Below are positions 13,451 through 28,932 of a stretch of DNA of 64,000 nt, piece after piece. Origin of the DNA: Octopus sinensis (Eukaryota); assembly GCF_006345805.1 (NCBI RefSeq), contig NC_042998.1, forward strand, positions 118,296,001-118,360,000, written 5' to 3'. Within the stretch, counting starts at the first letter, position 1, and each line of letters begins with the position of its first letter. A program made the position numbers and the translations under genes. The notes under the pieces are model-generated. The model had not been told where the DNA came from. It saw only the letters and a program-made list of their open reading frames with translations, and ran no database searches.

Positions 13451-16400
13451 ATTTTAAGTATTGTCACGATTATGATTTTCGTTTAATTTTAAAACCTTCC
13501 CTATTAAACCAGACCTATCCTTATACTTTATACCATTTATATTTTCCTGTTTTTTATGTGTTTTATCATCTTGAATTCCTTAAAATTACAGTATGTCACC
13601 CTATTATGACTATTATACGTATTTTTCTTTTTCTGTTTATTATTATATATATATTTCTATTCTCGTTTACATTTACCTTTATGTTACTCCCTTCACTAAA
13701 TGAGCAACGTTCATTATACTCAATTGGTCGACAGGTGTGTGAACGGTCCTCGAAGTTAAAATTAAATTTGAAAAACACGCTCATGTATTACTCGTCAGCC
13801 CAATATATTCTATACGATTGTGTGCATGTGAGTGTGTGTGTATGCGCGCGCAAGGTTGTGTTTTTGTGTGTGTGAGTGTGTGCGTGTCTGTGTGTCTGTA
13901 TATTTGTGTGTGCGCGTATGTGAATGTGCGTGCAACCGTGTGTGTGTGACATTATACGAGTGCATATCTAACCAGAACTCAATGGTTTGATATATATTAC
14001 CCTGCATTATTGCTGGCAGCTGAAGAAAATAGTTCCCTTAAATAGTCGCAAGCTGAAGGTTGCAACAACATTCACTAGCTCACGTTCTTGGAATGAAAGA
14101 CAGAGTCTAAAAAAGGTGTTTAGTAATGTGGTTGGGTGTGGTGGGAACAGTATGAGTGAGAGGGGAGGTGTATTAATCGCAAGTACTTCGGTGGAGGGGG
14201 AACACAGTAGCCTGCAGTAAGAAAATAATACCAGTGGAAAAGACATTGTGTCTGTTGACGAGAAATTGATGTTGGTTGACGTTAGACTTAATGCTAATAC
14301 TTACGATCTAGATTTTGGACTTTGTATACGGTGCATGTGTGCGTAGCAGTATTTCCGCTTATATGTAATAGCAGATATTCATTATCGACTTTCTAGGATA
14401 TTAATAACTTGGGGAATACGAAATATTTTCTTACTCTGAAAAATGCTACATTTATACAGTTTTTCTTATTTTGAGAAGCAATTGCCAGGAAAAATACTCA
14501 GCAATTATCAGAAAAATACTCAAAAATTACCAGGAAAATACAAGCAATTAGCAGACCAAATGAAACCAAGAATTGTTAGAAAGGGGAGGGCCCTAGTTGC
14601 TAAATGTGCATATTTAGGCGGAAATATATCGTGTGACATCTGTTGTGATTATAATGCTAAGGTTGACAATATTGACAGGTCAGATAACGATTTGGAGATA
14701 ACTGTTCACGTACTGTACAAATATCTATGCTTGGAGCGCAATGTTTCGCTTGTATGTGCTACGATGGTGTGATCCGACACGAACATTCAATTAGATAAAT
14801 GAGAAATAGTAGATACAGTAGAATATGTATGTTACTGCTACGAAGTGCAATGACTCTAACCAAACTTCCCGAAAGCGTGGGTCTATTTCTGAACAAAATT
14901 GTATTGTAGTGATCTATTAAATTTGATGTTATAGAAAACTGAATAATTATCATTCAGGAACGCGATTTCTATAACCATAGATTTGTTGATTGAGATCTAT
15001 ACTTAAATGTTTTGACTGGATTAGACAGATTGCCTTACTAGGAGTTGGATACAATACTGTGTGTTTACGAGAAGGGGAATATTGAGGCGATCTAGAGTGA
15101 TGGATTTGAAGCCAGATGAATGCAAAGCGGATATCAAGTAGGGAGGTTTCCGCCACAGGAATACGGTTTGCAAAACCAACAGGTTTACAAAGAGGATAAA
15201 CAGAGAATTTCTGTAAATGTGGTAGAAGTTCTTTAGCTTTGATAGACAGATGAACTTGTGAACTGAACTGAACGAAGTACATATGTATAGTTATATTTCA
15301 GTTGATTGTTTTCAGCAACTGGAGTGCTAAGTAAATTAGCATAGTGTGTAGATATAGGAATTTCCCCAGCTATTGTCAATTAGCTAGGAAAATGCCTTAA
15401 ACCAATTAGTTTTACTCCAGAAGCAATTGAGTTGAAATTAGCTTTCTTATGTAATTAACATTATTTTTCCATTTGCATGCTCGCTTATTCAGACATCATG
15501 ATACTGTGCAAGACTGAAGTATAGTTGAAAATGGGGAAATTCAAATCTACAGCCCAACAAAATATCTCTCATACAACTACAATAAAATGAGAATGTAACT
15601 ATCAATTATTGATAGTAAAAATTGTTTCTAAATGTAACTTCCGAGAAACTAAAACAGGCACACAAAGTTTTCGCAAGCGCTAAGCAAGAACTGCTCGTTT
15701 AAGGAACTGAATATCTTAGATATGCCATTTGTACATCAGTAATTTAAAAGTATGTAAGCATTGATAGTAGAACAGCGTGAACATGTTTTAACATAAGACA
15801 TGCATCCACAGCAGGCATTTAAAAATTATAGTAAACATCCCTAGATACTATCGTGCATTTTAGTTACCGAAGTTGAGAAAACTATTTTTCACATTATGTA
15901 CATAATATTTCTTCCAACAAATGTAACTTCATAGATGATTAAAATCTTTGAAAATATACTCCGATATCAATTACATATGAAAACATATTTTTTCTCGTTA
16001 TTTATCAACGTTCATATTGACCTACATGGTTTAAAATAATGTATTTTCCTCCGATTAGGCAGCCTCTATAGACTTTACTCTGGAGGTGACCCCTAAACTA
16101 TGATCACCAACAACCCGCCTCCCACTAAATAGTAAACAGGAATCCAAAGATTAGCCGCAAAGGGTGATAAAATATACACGGACGACTGTGCAAAATAGTA
16201 AATTTCCACCGTAATTGATTTTGCATTTTAATTTTATTGATTATGAATTAGATAAATGTAGAATAGCCGCGTCCAGCACTTTTTCCAGTGACTTTGTAAG
16301 AGACGAATTGTAGAGAGGTTGTCATCCTGAGAAAGGGTACCAGACCCAAATATTTCCAACAGATTAGAGTGCTAAAATTACCCATGAATACATAGAGTTA

Positions 16401-16739
16401 GTAACAAGAGTGGCCGTGTAGGTTTGCCACTCATAAGTAGGAACAAATTCCCAACACCTAATGTTTTTCACAACGCGTTTTATAGATTCCTGGCTGTAGG
16501 ACTACAAACATCTTCAAGATACTGTGGTGTAGATGGATTCTTACTTGACATAGTTGCGAAATGAATTCTTAAGCACATATCATGCATAGAACTAATGTTT
16601 AAATTTTAATTTAAAATAACGTCATATTATCTTCAATTTAACAAAAGAGTTCGATTATTATTGTTAATTCCTTTTTAGTCAAGTGTGTAACCTATTGCAA
16701 ACATACTGTGCTACAAGCCATTTTTAGAAGATAGCTTTC

Positions 16740-17430
16740 TCTATATATAAAACACAGGACGTGTGTCTGTCTGTGTTTTTGTCATGTCATTAAAACTCGA
16801 GATCCACCCAACCGATTTTAATGAAATTTTACACATGCATTACATAGAGTCCATGGAGTGCCACGAGTCAAAAGAAATTTCAATGTCTTTCCTAATGCAG
16901 GCCCAGGAACAGATAAACTGCATGTTTATGAGCATTTTTGCAGCGTTAAGGCTGTAACTTGGAGAGTATCAAGTCGTTTTCCTCCAAATTTGCAACAAAG
17001 ATTGTTCAGGCTCCTCGAATTGTTATTGACTGAAAAGAATTTCTGACACCACCTATACCTCCACCCGACCACCACAAAAATGCGGATTAATCAGAGTTGA
17101 ATACACTACACTGAATTTTATCTTTGTTTTAAGCCATTTTCCGACGATAAAATATTGATATTACTTATGCATTATAAGCAGCGTATAATATTTCATGAAA
17201 ACCTTTTTGTCCAGTTTGGCAGAGAAGATGAAAAGAATATTAAAATTTTTATAGGCGCCCTATTGATGCTGCATGTTACCATCCCGCGCACCACAGAGCC
17301 ATGTGCGTGTGTGTGAGGTTGAGCAAAAGCACAACAAACCCATTCATCCATTCTCCAGAAATACCCTGTTGATGTTTCACGTTTCCAGTCCTGCGCAACG
17401 CAACATGGCTCAGCAGCATGTCTGCTTTCT
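16740..17430 (+). mobile_element. Helentron/HINE-like non-autonomous element (degenerate)
   Basis: 5' end CTATATATAAAAC...GTGTGTCTGTCTGT...CAACCGATTTTAATGAAATTTTACACATG resembles the 35720 element. A degenerate GCGCAACGCA end lies near 17400. Confidence 0.4.
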
Positions 17431-17590
17431 ATGTCATCCATGTCTGAACTATATAATGCAAATTGTTCATACAAAAAAACAAACTCACAGCCATTTGAGT
17501 TTGACCGCGTGACCACTTCCGGAAGTTATGCTCGACACCTGCAATTAGACCTCTCCTGTGTTCTCTCCCTCATTTAGTCGGACGAGTAAC

Positions 17591-18050
17591 TACTGGGTGT
17601 CCCAGAATTAATGATGATTCGAGAGAAATCGGACGAATTTTTTAAAACTCACTTTTATTTATGTTTATCATGTTGAATGTGTTAAAAGTGTATAAATCTT
17701 AAACTTTGTTCATAATTTTATTTTCATTCTTGTTGGACCCATCTTATATGTCCATGATACCTTTTTTTTTAATTTGGCAGCAATCATTTTCTTTACCTCT
17801 ATCCCTAAGACGAAGGAATCGTTCAGCTGAGCTTAAAGAACACGCACGTTCTGTTAGTTGTGTAGGAGCTAACTCCCGAAATGCCTCAAAATGTGTTTCA
17901 CAACGCTGAGAGATTTGATGTATGCAGGGTTACAAACATGTTGAAATGTTCAATAAAAGTTTGATATAAGATTTATAAATTTGTTTTGGTTATAAACATA
18001 AAATTCTGTCAATTTCATTGAAACATATAGTTGATTCTGGACACCCTGTA
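17591..18050 (+). mobile_element. Internally deleted Tc1/mariner derivative
   Basis: Imperfect TIRs TACTGGGTGTCCCAGAAT and ATTCTGGACACCCTGTA with terminal TA. Internal ELTPEMPQNVF resembles a transposase C-terminus. Confidence 0.55.
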
Positions 18051-18179
18051 TGGTGCAGTGTTATTAGTTGTTGCATTGCTCGAGTAAATATTAAAATCAA
18101 ATTTTTCTCGCCGGGAACATCCCATTTTTGTTAAGTATATTGTATCAAGGTGTATATTATCCAAAATGCATCTCACATT

Positions 18180-18295
18180 TATAGGCGTGGCTGTGTGGTT
18201 GAGAAGCTTGCTTTACAACCATGTAGCGTGGGTTCAGTTCTACATTGAGCCATTATTTTTCATTAGAGCTCCGTGCTGATCAAAGCCTTGTGTAT
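18180..18295 (+). mobile_element. tRNA-derived SINE head fragment
   Basis: A-box-like GGCTGTGTGGT and B-box-like GGGTTCAGTTC. Confidence 0.55.
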
Positions 18296-19067
18296 TATAT
18301 GATTGCCATTACTGCATTGATATATAAAATAACACATACAACTCACTTATTACCATAGAATAAACAAACAGAAGTTCGTGTATGAAATAATCTTTTTTCT
18401 ACTTCAATTATTACATGTTTTTTTTTTTACTTCATATAAAATACCCACAGATAGGAGGAGTAATTACCAGATTAACGATGGGTTTTTGAGACCGTGTGAT
18501 TTGAAGTTTCTGCGCACAAATCATATATTCTGCGCACTTATCTGGTCTCCATTTCGAATTATCTTACAGATGTTCACATTTATTTATAAAATACTTTTAA
18601 ATATAATGAAACACTTTGCTCAATAAATAAAGTACATATTCTAACTTATCTACTATGTTTAGGACGAAAATGAAATAAACTCAGATAGAAATTCAATATT
18701 ATACGGAAGTGAGACGAGACTAAAGTCATATCATGTCAGAAAAATATGCTTTCATGTTAATCTTCCATTCACCAGAGATCTTCTATCATATATCATCTGA
18801 TTTGTAAGTAATTCATAAAACCTCATAATTTCCACTCACGCAGCTTGTTACTTTGAATTATTAAAAGTATTTTCTTTCTTCTTTTATATTTAAATATTGT
18901 CTCTAAAAGTACATTACACTACCATCAAGTGACTCCAGTATAACATACTTTATACTTGTCACGAAACACATCAAAGACAGCACATTCTTTTTTCTAGTTA
19001 TAGCATTGGCCGTCTGTAGATCAAGCTGAGTATATTTTTCACCTCTCATCGTGTTATTTATTAATAT

Positions 19068-19068
<1 letters not shown>

Positions 19069-19148
<80 letters not shown>

Positions 19149-19173
19149 CAGCAGCAGCAGCAGCAGTAGTAGT
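19069..19173. repeat. (AGT)n/(AGC)n trinucleotide repeat
   Basis: Direct inspection. Explains the poly-S and poly-L ORFs. Confidence 0.95.
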
Positions 19174-22100
19174 GTTATTGCATTGTGGATAATGCTAATT
19201 CCACAGCCATTACCCCACACTGTGCTTCTTCATATTTGAAATTGCAATGCAATATGGTTAAAAAGGCCTTTGCCACCTGCGAAGTAAACTAACAGGTTTT
19301 ATTATTGGAAATCTGATAGGCTTTTAAAACTCTAGTGTTACACTGTGTTCCTAGATCGGCAGAAACTGAATTTATAACTGCCCGATAAACACATCATATA
19401 AATATATAGTATATTTTGAAATATATAAGGTTTGGTGAAATTCTGGGTCCAGTCCAGAATAAGTGAAAATTGGTGTACTGGCATTTATTCAAAAGGCCCC
19501 AGAGGGAACATATTTCATTTGTCTTTAGTAGACTCACTAACTGAGAAAATTATTACTATTCACAGGTTCTCATTTGGAACGCATTTTCTATCAACAGAAA
19601 ATAATGACACACAAAATATGATAATGGAATACATCACAGTATCTCATATATACACATAAATCTTTACTAGCTTCAAGATAAAAGTTAAATTTTTAATACA
19701 TACATAAAGACATATATATATATACTTGTGTATGCGCGTGTGTGCGTGTGGCTGCGTGCCTGTGTGTGTGTGTGTGTGTGTGTGTACGTGTGTTTGTGTG
19801 AGTGTGCATATGTGCGCGTGTGCGTGCGTGCTTAACAATTCATATGCACAAAATTGCAATCATGAGCTCCTAATACACTATAGAGCACAGGTGCTGAAAT
19901 CATTTAAAATTTAAATAACAATATTTTCAATTACTTAAGTCACTCGAATATAGTAATTGGGGTTATTACTCTGTTAAATATATTAAGAGAGCCAAGAAGG
20001 TTTTCTTGAAAGCAAGTAAAATATTTCTCAAGAAAAGAAACTAAGTAAAACTTATATATAATAATTCGTGGTAGATACAGAATTCCTTTTATAGAAATAT
20101 CGGACATAACAAACACTGAGCAAGGTGGACCGACAACACAAACTCATAAAATTATCAGTACTTTAGACTGTCACGTTTGGAATATTTTCCTAGTAATTCA
20201 ATGAGAATTGTACATCCTTATTTAATGTATACATACTAGATTATAGTTTTCATGATATCTAATCATGTTATACCGGAGTTTCTTGCTAGCTCACAATTTG
20301 TTTGAAGACACACATACTCATACACACACATATGCACATATACACAGACATGTGGACGGCTTCTAATTGCACTCAATAATGGAGATATTCATACCTATTT
20401 TGTTTTTCTACTTTTAAACAATTTCTCATTTATGCATTCAGAGCCCGTGTAGTTGAGGGAAGATATGGAAGGGCCAGCAAATATCTGAATTATACCTAAA
20501 AGCTAACTTGTTATCATATAACTGAGAATCAAACATTATTAAGAATTGCCATCTAATCAAGATTATAAACAGCAACATGAGACAATCGCACTGTAAAATG
20601 CATTTCTAATTCATAAATTTGATACTTCGGTAACTTTGTTCGATATACGAGGTTATGTCTTATTGGAAACATGGAGCCAAAACAAGAAACCATTCTCTTT
20701 TTAGCCGTTAGTCGACTGATCTACTCTGCTAGTTTTATTTGAGGGAAGAAATATATTGTTGAAATAAAAATTGTATAGTTAGAATCGCAAAAACATTTAT
20801 GGTGTTCAATTGAAAACAACAAATGCTCTATAGTATATTAGGTGACGTATTATGATAGTAATAGATATATACTTGCCTCCAATTCCATTAGTAGAATATG
20901 TTTGCGTTTTGTCTGAAACTTATGCTTAAACTGTCTTATATTATTAAATTAAACCTATTTTACTTTCCTGTTTGAATGTGTATCCTAATAAAGTGACAAC
21001 AAATGATATTGCGTTTCCAACTTGAAAGCAGAATATTTAAAATCTTCCAACTAATTGAGAATAAAAGAAGAGGTTTTCCCATGAGCTCTATGAAAGTTAA
21101 TTTCAGTAGAAAAGTGCCCACGTAATAAAATGTAAATTTTAAGTACAGTGTGATACTTCTAACTACCATTTCGTTCATTATGGCAATTGGGAACATGTCA
21201 GTTACATCGCATCCAATTTACCCTTAAATTGTTAGGACAAGACCAGAATCATTGAATTTTACTTGATAAATTCTCAAACTTGGCATTATATTAACAGACT
21301 TGATTATCCGCCATAGAATAATCAAGCTGCTTGCCGGCACTGTATCAAGGTGAAAAACATATTTATAGCAATTAACTATCAGCTTTTCACATATTTCTGC
21401 CAAACAACTGGTCCTCATTTCAAGAGAGAATAAACACGCAACTAAAGTCAAATAAATCTCCTGATATTTACAGTTAATGATTCGCTGCAAATTGCATGAA
21501 AGCCTACGGTATTTGGACTAATAAGTTAAAATTGATCCAACAGCATTTCTAATTATATTAAGAATTCAAGCAAAAAGCTAATTAAACACTTTTCCTTTGC
21601 ACCTGACACAGAGTATCAAAATAATTATATCATACCCATCTCTCGATTAGCATAATTACTTTAGAAACTGAAATCAACAAAGGCATGATAATTAATATCT
21701 GTCAGTGATATTGATCTCACTGTCAAAAGCCTTCAACATTTGTTTCTTTTAATTAAATTACGCTAAAAAAAAATGCTGATTGGAGTAAAGATGACCGTGA
21801 ATGTGAAAACATTTCCATAACGTTCATTTTAATTTGTGATAAGGATAACGCATAGAACCATGTATAGAAATATGTTTCCGACTTTGCATGTGCAGGGTGT
21901 TGAGTTATCATGCGTTTGAGCATTTTAAACTCTAAATAATACTCTTTCCATGTTGTTTTATTATTTACAGACACAAAGCAATTAGTTATATTTTCCTGTG
22001 TCAATGAACAATATAATGATAATTGAAGCCAATAACAATTTAACCGTTATTATTAAGTCTGGCTTGGTTAAGCTTAAGCTTTACATTTCGAAAAGGCGTT

Positions 22101-24680
22101 TCAAAGTCTGGGATTAGCAGTTTTACAATAAGGTAACGCAAAATAATAGCAAACAATACAGGCGTGGCTATAAATATATACTGCATTATTGTGAACGCAC
22201 GTATTTAAGATGATTGCTGCACTTAGTGCAATGCATATGTACGTAGTCATAATGATATATATATAAATGTAACGCTGTATAAAAGTTTATGAGAATGCAT
22301 ATTTATGATTATATTTGGACTGATTGATTGTAATTTATACTTTAAAATTATCCGCAATGGGTGGGCATGAAACATGTTGTGCAGTTTTTAACTAACCATA
22401 TGTTATTATAACTCAATGTAACAGCGTTGAGTGTGTTTATTTTTTAAATCTAATATTTTTAGCCTGCAATTATTAATGCAGCTAAAGGTCTGCATGTTTA
22501 TGTGTGTATGCATATGTGCATGTGTCTGTGTCTAGTTTGGCTACATTCTAGTGGTTGTAGAACAGACCGAGAATTTTGTCATTTTTACATTAGCTGATGA
22601 AAAATAGTTATTTTATTTTTGATGTCATTAGAAATATGAGCAATCAGATGAACTTGTCGCTAATAATCAGGAATAACTCTTACAAACATAATCATTGAAT
22701 GGTTTTGTTGATTATTGTTAGCCAACCTGACCAGTTCCTTTTGGCTTGAATATACCTTCAGCAACATTTGACCTGTTAGACACCGATGTTTTCTTTCGAC
22801 ACCTAAAATGAACACAGAAAGATCTAGCTGACGGAGGTATCCTGATCATATAACTACAGTTGATAGAACAATGCTTCACTACTGTAGGAGCGATACATTG
22901 TCAGCGTCCTTATAAGATGGGAATTAGAGAAACTCACCCGTATTGTTATGAGCAAAAAAAAATTCTGTAGAGTTACACCAATCATTGGCTAAATGTTTCA
23001 AACTCCAACTTCAATGTTGTCTGAGATGATACCAATATGCCAACAAACGCGTAAAACATATTAACTAAAACATCGAAAAGGAGTTTTCTTGAAATCAAAC
23101 CCAACAAACGGTTCACCAAGCGTTTCACAGAACAATAATAGAAAATGATAGAAAGGTTATTTCCAAACTGCGAGTTAATCTCTTCTAACATGGCTCTGTT
23201 CATTCTATCAATTTCCATCGTATGATTTCGCCTGTAATTTATGATGTACTCTCATAACAGCTTTGTTTCTAGAACTCGTTTACAATTCTTGTATTGTGTA
23301 AGGTATTAAAGTATTAGGTTAGAATGTCCCCCCCCCCCCCAATTACAGACGATGAACTATCATTTGCTATATAAACACATGCACTCTAAGACACACACAC
23401 CAGAACGCACACACACCCTGACGCACACACAAGCATGCAAAACGAACGAACACACACACACACACACACACACAAGCACGCACACATGGGCACATATTTC
23501 ACACACAGATATGCAAACGCACATACATAAACATATTTCTGATCTGCATCACGGGTTTCAGTAAATTGTATGACATATCAACCTATTTTTATTTTAAGGT
23601 TTTCTGTTTTTATGAATATTTAACAGCTTGATTCTCCTCTGTAAACGTATTCAATAATAAATAGGTTCTTTTAAAATATATTATTTAGTTAAGACCTTCG
23701 AGACTCCTATCAATATGCATAGAATTATCTGTTCTGTTCAAGTGTAATTATCACCATGACTAAATTAGCTACTTTAATTATGCTTGTGTTTGGGAGGTAA
23801 TATTTGCACTTTCATCACTGAGCACTTGCTGCTTGTAATGCGCTCTCACTAAGTCACATTCATTCACAAAATCTCCACTACTATTCACCCAATCACAAAG
23901 AAATGCCTGTATGTTTCGTACATACACACACAGAGCCACACACACACATACTCTCATAAAAACAGACGACACACATACACATACGCACACACACATAAAA
24001 CCTCACAAACACACTTACACATACGCACTTACACAGAGGTACAAAAACACACAACATACACACTCTCCAAAACACATACATGCACACAGATACAAACGCA
24101 TGCATAGACACATGCACACATAGATATGTAATTATATGTGTGTATTGTGTTTGTATGTAACAATGTTTGTTTGTTACATAGACAAAATTTATTATTTTTA
24201 TAGTGGATATTTATTTAACTTCGAAATTACCATCACGCCTCTGTTTGAAATATATATACACTTGCGTCAGAAATTAATTAGCACTTCTCAAATTTCTACA
24301 TTAAATAGGTTAAATCAATTAACCTATGAGCTGTTCAAAACGTCTTACGCGATGAGAAAACTTAGTATGGTGTGATTTCGGTCCTTGCGAGGCGCTACCT
24401 ATATCTATTAAACAAAGGAAGATTTGTCTGCATCCGCACTCCAAGTTGTTGCACTGCTATGTCAACATCATAAGGCTGTAGACTCTCAAACTGCTCTGCA
24501 AACAAAGTTACGTCATCGTTCTGCGCAACAGTGAACTCGCAACAAAGCAATAGTTCGAGATATGGCCACTAGGTGACAGCACATACCTTGAGTGAAGAGC
24601 AAATCAAGGGTGCTAATTAATTTCTGACGGTAGTGTATATATATATATATATATATATATATGTAGAGAGAGAGAGGGGA

Positions 24681-24803
<123 letters not shown>

Positions 24804-25714
24804 CTCTTTATCTTGCATCAATCTCTGAACTATAACAAATGGAAAACCACCTACGCAACCGCCTTGAAGAGTTTTCTTGAACAAAACGACTCAAAAACAT
24901 GCTTTTGAGTTTTCAACTTACTCCATGGAACTTATTGTGCTGAACTGTTAGGTAGCAGGGAACTAAACAAACTAACCCCAGTTGTCAAGTGGAGATGGAG
25001 GAACAGACACACAAACAAATACACACACACACACATTAATGACGCCAAGGAAATACCGGAAACTGATCGGTGAATATAAGGAATTCTCGATCGGTGTTTG
25101 GGCGATTACTGTCCCTCTCAGCATATATGTATAAAATTATGTGCTTTAACTACAGCATAAGATCATCTTGGTTCTTATTTCTAGCAATGTACGAGTTCTA
25201 ACACCCTTACACCCTTAATCGCATTTGGTAACATTTATAGTTCTCCTTTCTGGAAACACATTGCGCATAGCTGTTTATATGTAAATAATAAGGTACTCTC
25301 TTCAGCTAATAAAATGTGCTTCAGCACACGAATTCAAATAAAGAATCTTGCAAACCAATTGCAAAAACGAAATGTATATATATATAAAGTTAATCCAAAC
25401 AAGAAAGCACAAAAAAACACACAACAATGCGAGGACGTGGAACAAATATAGTATTATTGGACGCTCAGGAAAGAAGGAAAGAAGGAGGGTCCAACGATTC
25501 GTCGGAAACATAGGAGAAGGAAAGATCCAGAGAAGGAAGACACAGGGACAAAATCCACTCCTAAGGCTCGGTCTTCAAAATCCACTCCTAAGGCTCGGTC
25601 AGTCCTGAGCTATAGTGGAAGACAATTGCCAAATGTGCTGCACAGAGAAACAGAGCCTTCTTACCCTACGCACACGCTTGTAGCGAAGCCAATCTCTATA
25701 TATCTATCTATCAT

Positions 25715-25783
<69 letters not shown>

Positions 25784-25939
25784 ATCTATCTATCAACGTT
25801 ATATGTGTGTGCTTGTCTGTGTGTACGTATGTATGTGTGTACGTATGCATTTACGTATGTATGCATGTCTGCACGCATGCATGTATGTATGTATGTCAAT
25901 ATGTCGCTGCGTGTGCATACACACACACAGACGCATACA

Positions 25940-25974
<35 letters not shown>

Positions 25975-26011
25975 GTACACCCCCACACACACACACACAT
26001 ATACATACAGA

Positions 26012-26055
<44 letters not shown>

Positions 26056-26505
26056 AAGCGATGGCTATCGGTGTGGCGTGTATTACTTTGTAAACTTTAC
26101 CTAGGCGAATATCTCAGATTATTATTTTATTCCGATGAAACAGATATGATAATATGAGCATCTCTCTATCATACTACAAATATATATTTTTAGTGCATGA
26201 AGATGTATTTCGAAACATAAAAGACTGAATCTAGTAAAATATCGATAAATACCTACCCTGGATGATAAAATGTATTGAGTACTGAAATTGCATATATTTT
26301 CACTGATGGGTTTAAAATGGAATTGAATATTATATATAGATTCTCTATGTTACTCTTTTACTCTTGCTTTTCATTTAGTCATTGGACTGCGATTAAGTAA
26401 GGCTGTCTTCTCGATTCTAGGAAGCATTTATTGAAACTCTATTATTTATTTTCTCGCAATGTGCAAAAACACATATATAAGGAGAGAAATTCCTTCATAT
26501 ACATA

Positions 26506-26718
26506 TACGAGGGAGTGCTGAAAAGTACCTGACTTTGGGTAAAAGAAAATACAGGAGGACTGGTTAATTATGATTTTATACAACATATTCTTCTCTCAGA
26601 TTGACACACTTATTGTAGCGGTCTTTCAGTTTTTTTAAGCCTTGTAAGAGTTTGAAGCTTCAACCAGGCCTTTCATGATACCCTTAGAGCCGGGAACTTT
26701 TTTACTAAGCCCTCAAGA
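26506..26718. mobile_element. Mariner-type MITE
   Basis: Left end TACGAGGGAGTGCTGAAAAGTACC and degenerate complementary right end GGGAACTTTTTTACTAAGCCCTCAAG. Confidence 0.55.
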
Positions 26719-27815
26719 TATTGTGGTCCATTTCCTTCATTCTCGAAGAACATTCACTTGTTCAATCATCTGCATAACGGCTTCTCATTTAATGTGCAAG
26801 TAACTGAGAATTCAACAGTCGTGTGTATCCATAACACAATTCTCGCATTTTATTGCATGTGACAAGGCGCTACCTGTATGATTTACACAGACGATTTCAC
26901 TGACGGGATTAGTCTCAAAATTTCTTTTCACATTGTATGGGCAAACCTCAAACCGTAGAAAATATGATCAGTTCAAAACACCACGCTGTGAACTAGGATT
27001 CGGCTTCTTGTACTTGGAGAACTGTCTTCGTCTAACACCTTACTCATGCTTGACATGCAGACACATGTGTGTAGGTGTGTACGTATGTGTATACGTGTAT
27101 GTTTGTTTGCATGGATTTATGTAGAAACAGTGTTTGTGTGCGCGTGGAGATGATATGAACAACTGCATAACTTCTATTTATGAATTTATTCATAAAGCAT
27201 TAATCAGTACATGGCTGTAGGAGAAGACACTTGCTGAGAATGATACGCCGTGAGACAAATCCAGAAAGTGCTCAGTTCCTAACAGATTTCTTAAGAAGTC
27301 AACATGGCCTAATTCTTGTTAATGAAACACAAGCATGACACTGAAATCAGCATGGGATTATTCATGAGGCACTGCATTATTTTCATTTTTGCACAGCCCT
27401 ATGTTAATTTCCTTTGAATACTCATTTTATCATAATATTTCAATGTTCTTTCAGTTTTTAAATGTAAACACACTTTTAGCGCCCCGTAATATTTCATCTG
27501 TGCTATAATAAATGCATGACATTGCTAATTCTGTAGATCTCAGGAAAATTTCGTTTTTCAACTTCTAAAGCATATGGTTGAATATTGTACAGCATGGCTG
27601 AATCCATAGGTGAAGGTTTCACGGAATATAATTGCAGAAATAACATTAAAGGTACAATTTGAAAACCTTACGGATTTAGGTACACAAATTTCCAAGTGTT
27701 TCATAGAGAATTGTATTATTTTAACAGATGATTATAACCCTATTCAATTACAGCGTAAGAAAAGGGGCAGGTGTGTTAAATGATTTATTGGTGACTGTTA
27801 TGCACTCGATTAAAG

Positions 27816-28134
27816 CAATGGTACTCAACTGGGGTCCATATAAGATTTTGGGGGTTCTCCTAAAAATAGTAAATAGGGGCCACAATAATATTTGCACCCC
27901 CCCCCCCGCCGAACAAAATTTGCTTCAGATGTATGTATTGGCATGTATTGTAAGAAACAGCCATATGCTTAAAAATTAAACCTACGCAAGTTAATGTGTG
28001 AAAAACAAAGTAGGAACCTTAAAGGAATTTTCTACAAAACTAGTTTTTAAACAGCAAATGACTGTGAGGGTCCAGCAGAATAAAATAGTTATCAAAGGAG
28101 TGCATAGATAGAAAAAAATCGTTGAGAATCCCCA
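27816..28134. mobile_element. hAT-type MITE
   Basis: TIRs CAATGGTACTCAAC and GTTGAGAATCCCCA, flanked by the 8-bp near-TSD GATTAAAG/GTTTAAAG. Confidence 0.65.
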
Positions 28135-28199
28135 GTTTAAAGTATACGCACATACATAAACATTCATTAGCACGTATTCGTATTTTCTGATAAAACGAA

Positions 28200-28530
28200 T
28201 GACCTATATGAAGTTACTAACAATCTTTATGACAAGTTGTTAAAACGCATAATTTCCACTAAATATAAGAAAACTAACGTAGCGAGATACTATGATATTA
28301 ATGATGAGGCCAAATTCCTCGTTAAACCTACTAATATTGATGACAAATCAGGATGCTTAGCTAAAAGAGAGGCTTTTATTACTTTAAAAGACTATAATCC
28401 TAATTTCCATGATACTCCTACTTCTATATTGTTAAAACCCAACCAGATTTGAGCTAGTAGCTAAACAAATACTAAGAAGCATTAATAATGAAATTAGAGA
28501 AATTACTGGGTTTCAGTTATGCAACTATTA
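28200..28530 (+). pseudogene. Penelope-like RT N-terminal fragment
   Basis: KYKK...DINDEAK...LAKREAFITLKDYNPNF...LLKP matches the PLE pattern AFITLKDHKxNF...RLINP. Confidence 0.75.
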
Positions 28531-28740
28531 GTAGCACTCAGAGAAATCTATTTTCTTATTTAAATAAATAATATTTATCGCTCATCAGATGGGGTGTTTT
28601 TTATTGATCTTTGTATCACATAGAGTACAGTGTATATATATGTTCATACATACATGTACGTGTATGTTGTGCTAAGATGCGTATGTGTGTCTGTTTATCT
28701 TTACAAACCAAAAATGTATCTTGTAATAGAACATAGACTG

Positions 28741-28799
<59 letters not shown>

Positions 28800-28893
28800 T
28801 ACATGCATGCATACATACTTACATATATATATTCATATACATATATACCTATATATATACATATTTATATATAAATAAATAAATAAATATATA

Positions 28894-28932
<39 letters not shown>

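Noticed and set aside
24993-25003. AGATGGAGGAA near-match to the target (and AATCACATGGAGG on the minus strand at 30776-30788)
   Set aside because: Both are unoccupied and lack the full GGAGGAAA. They are compatible with chance and only suggest that more context is needed for targeting.
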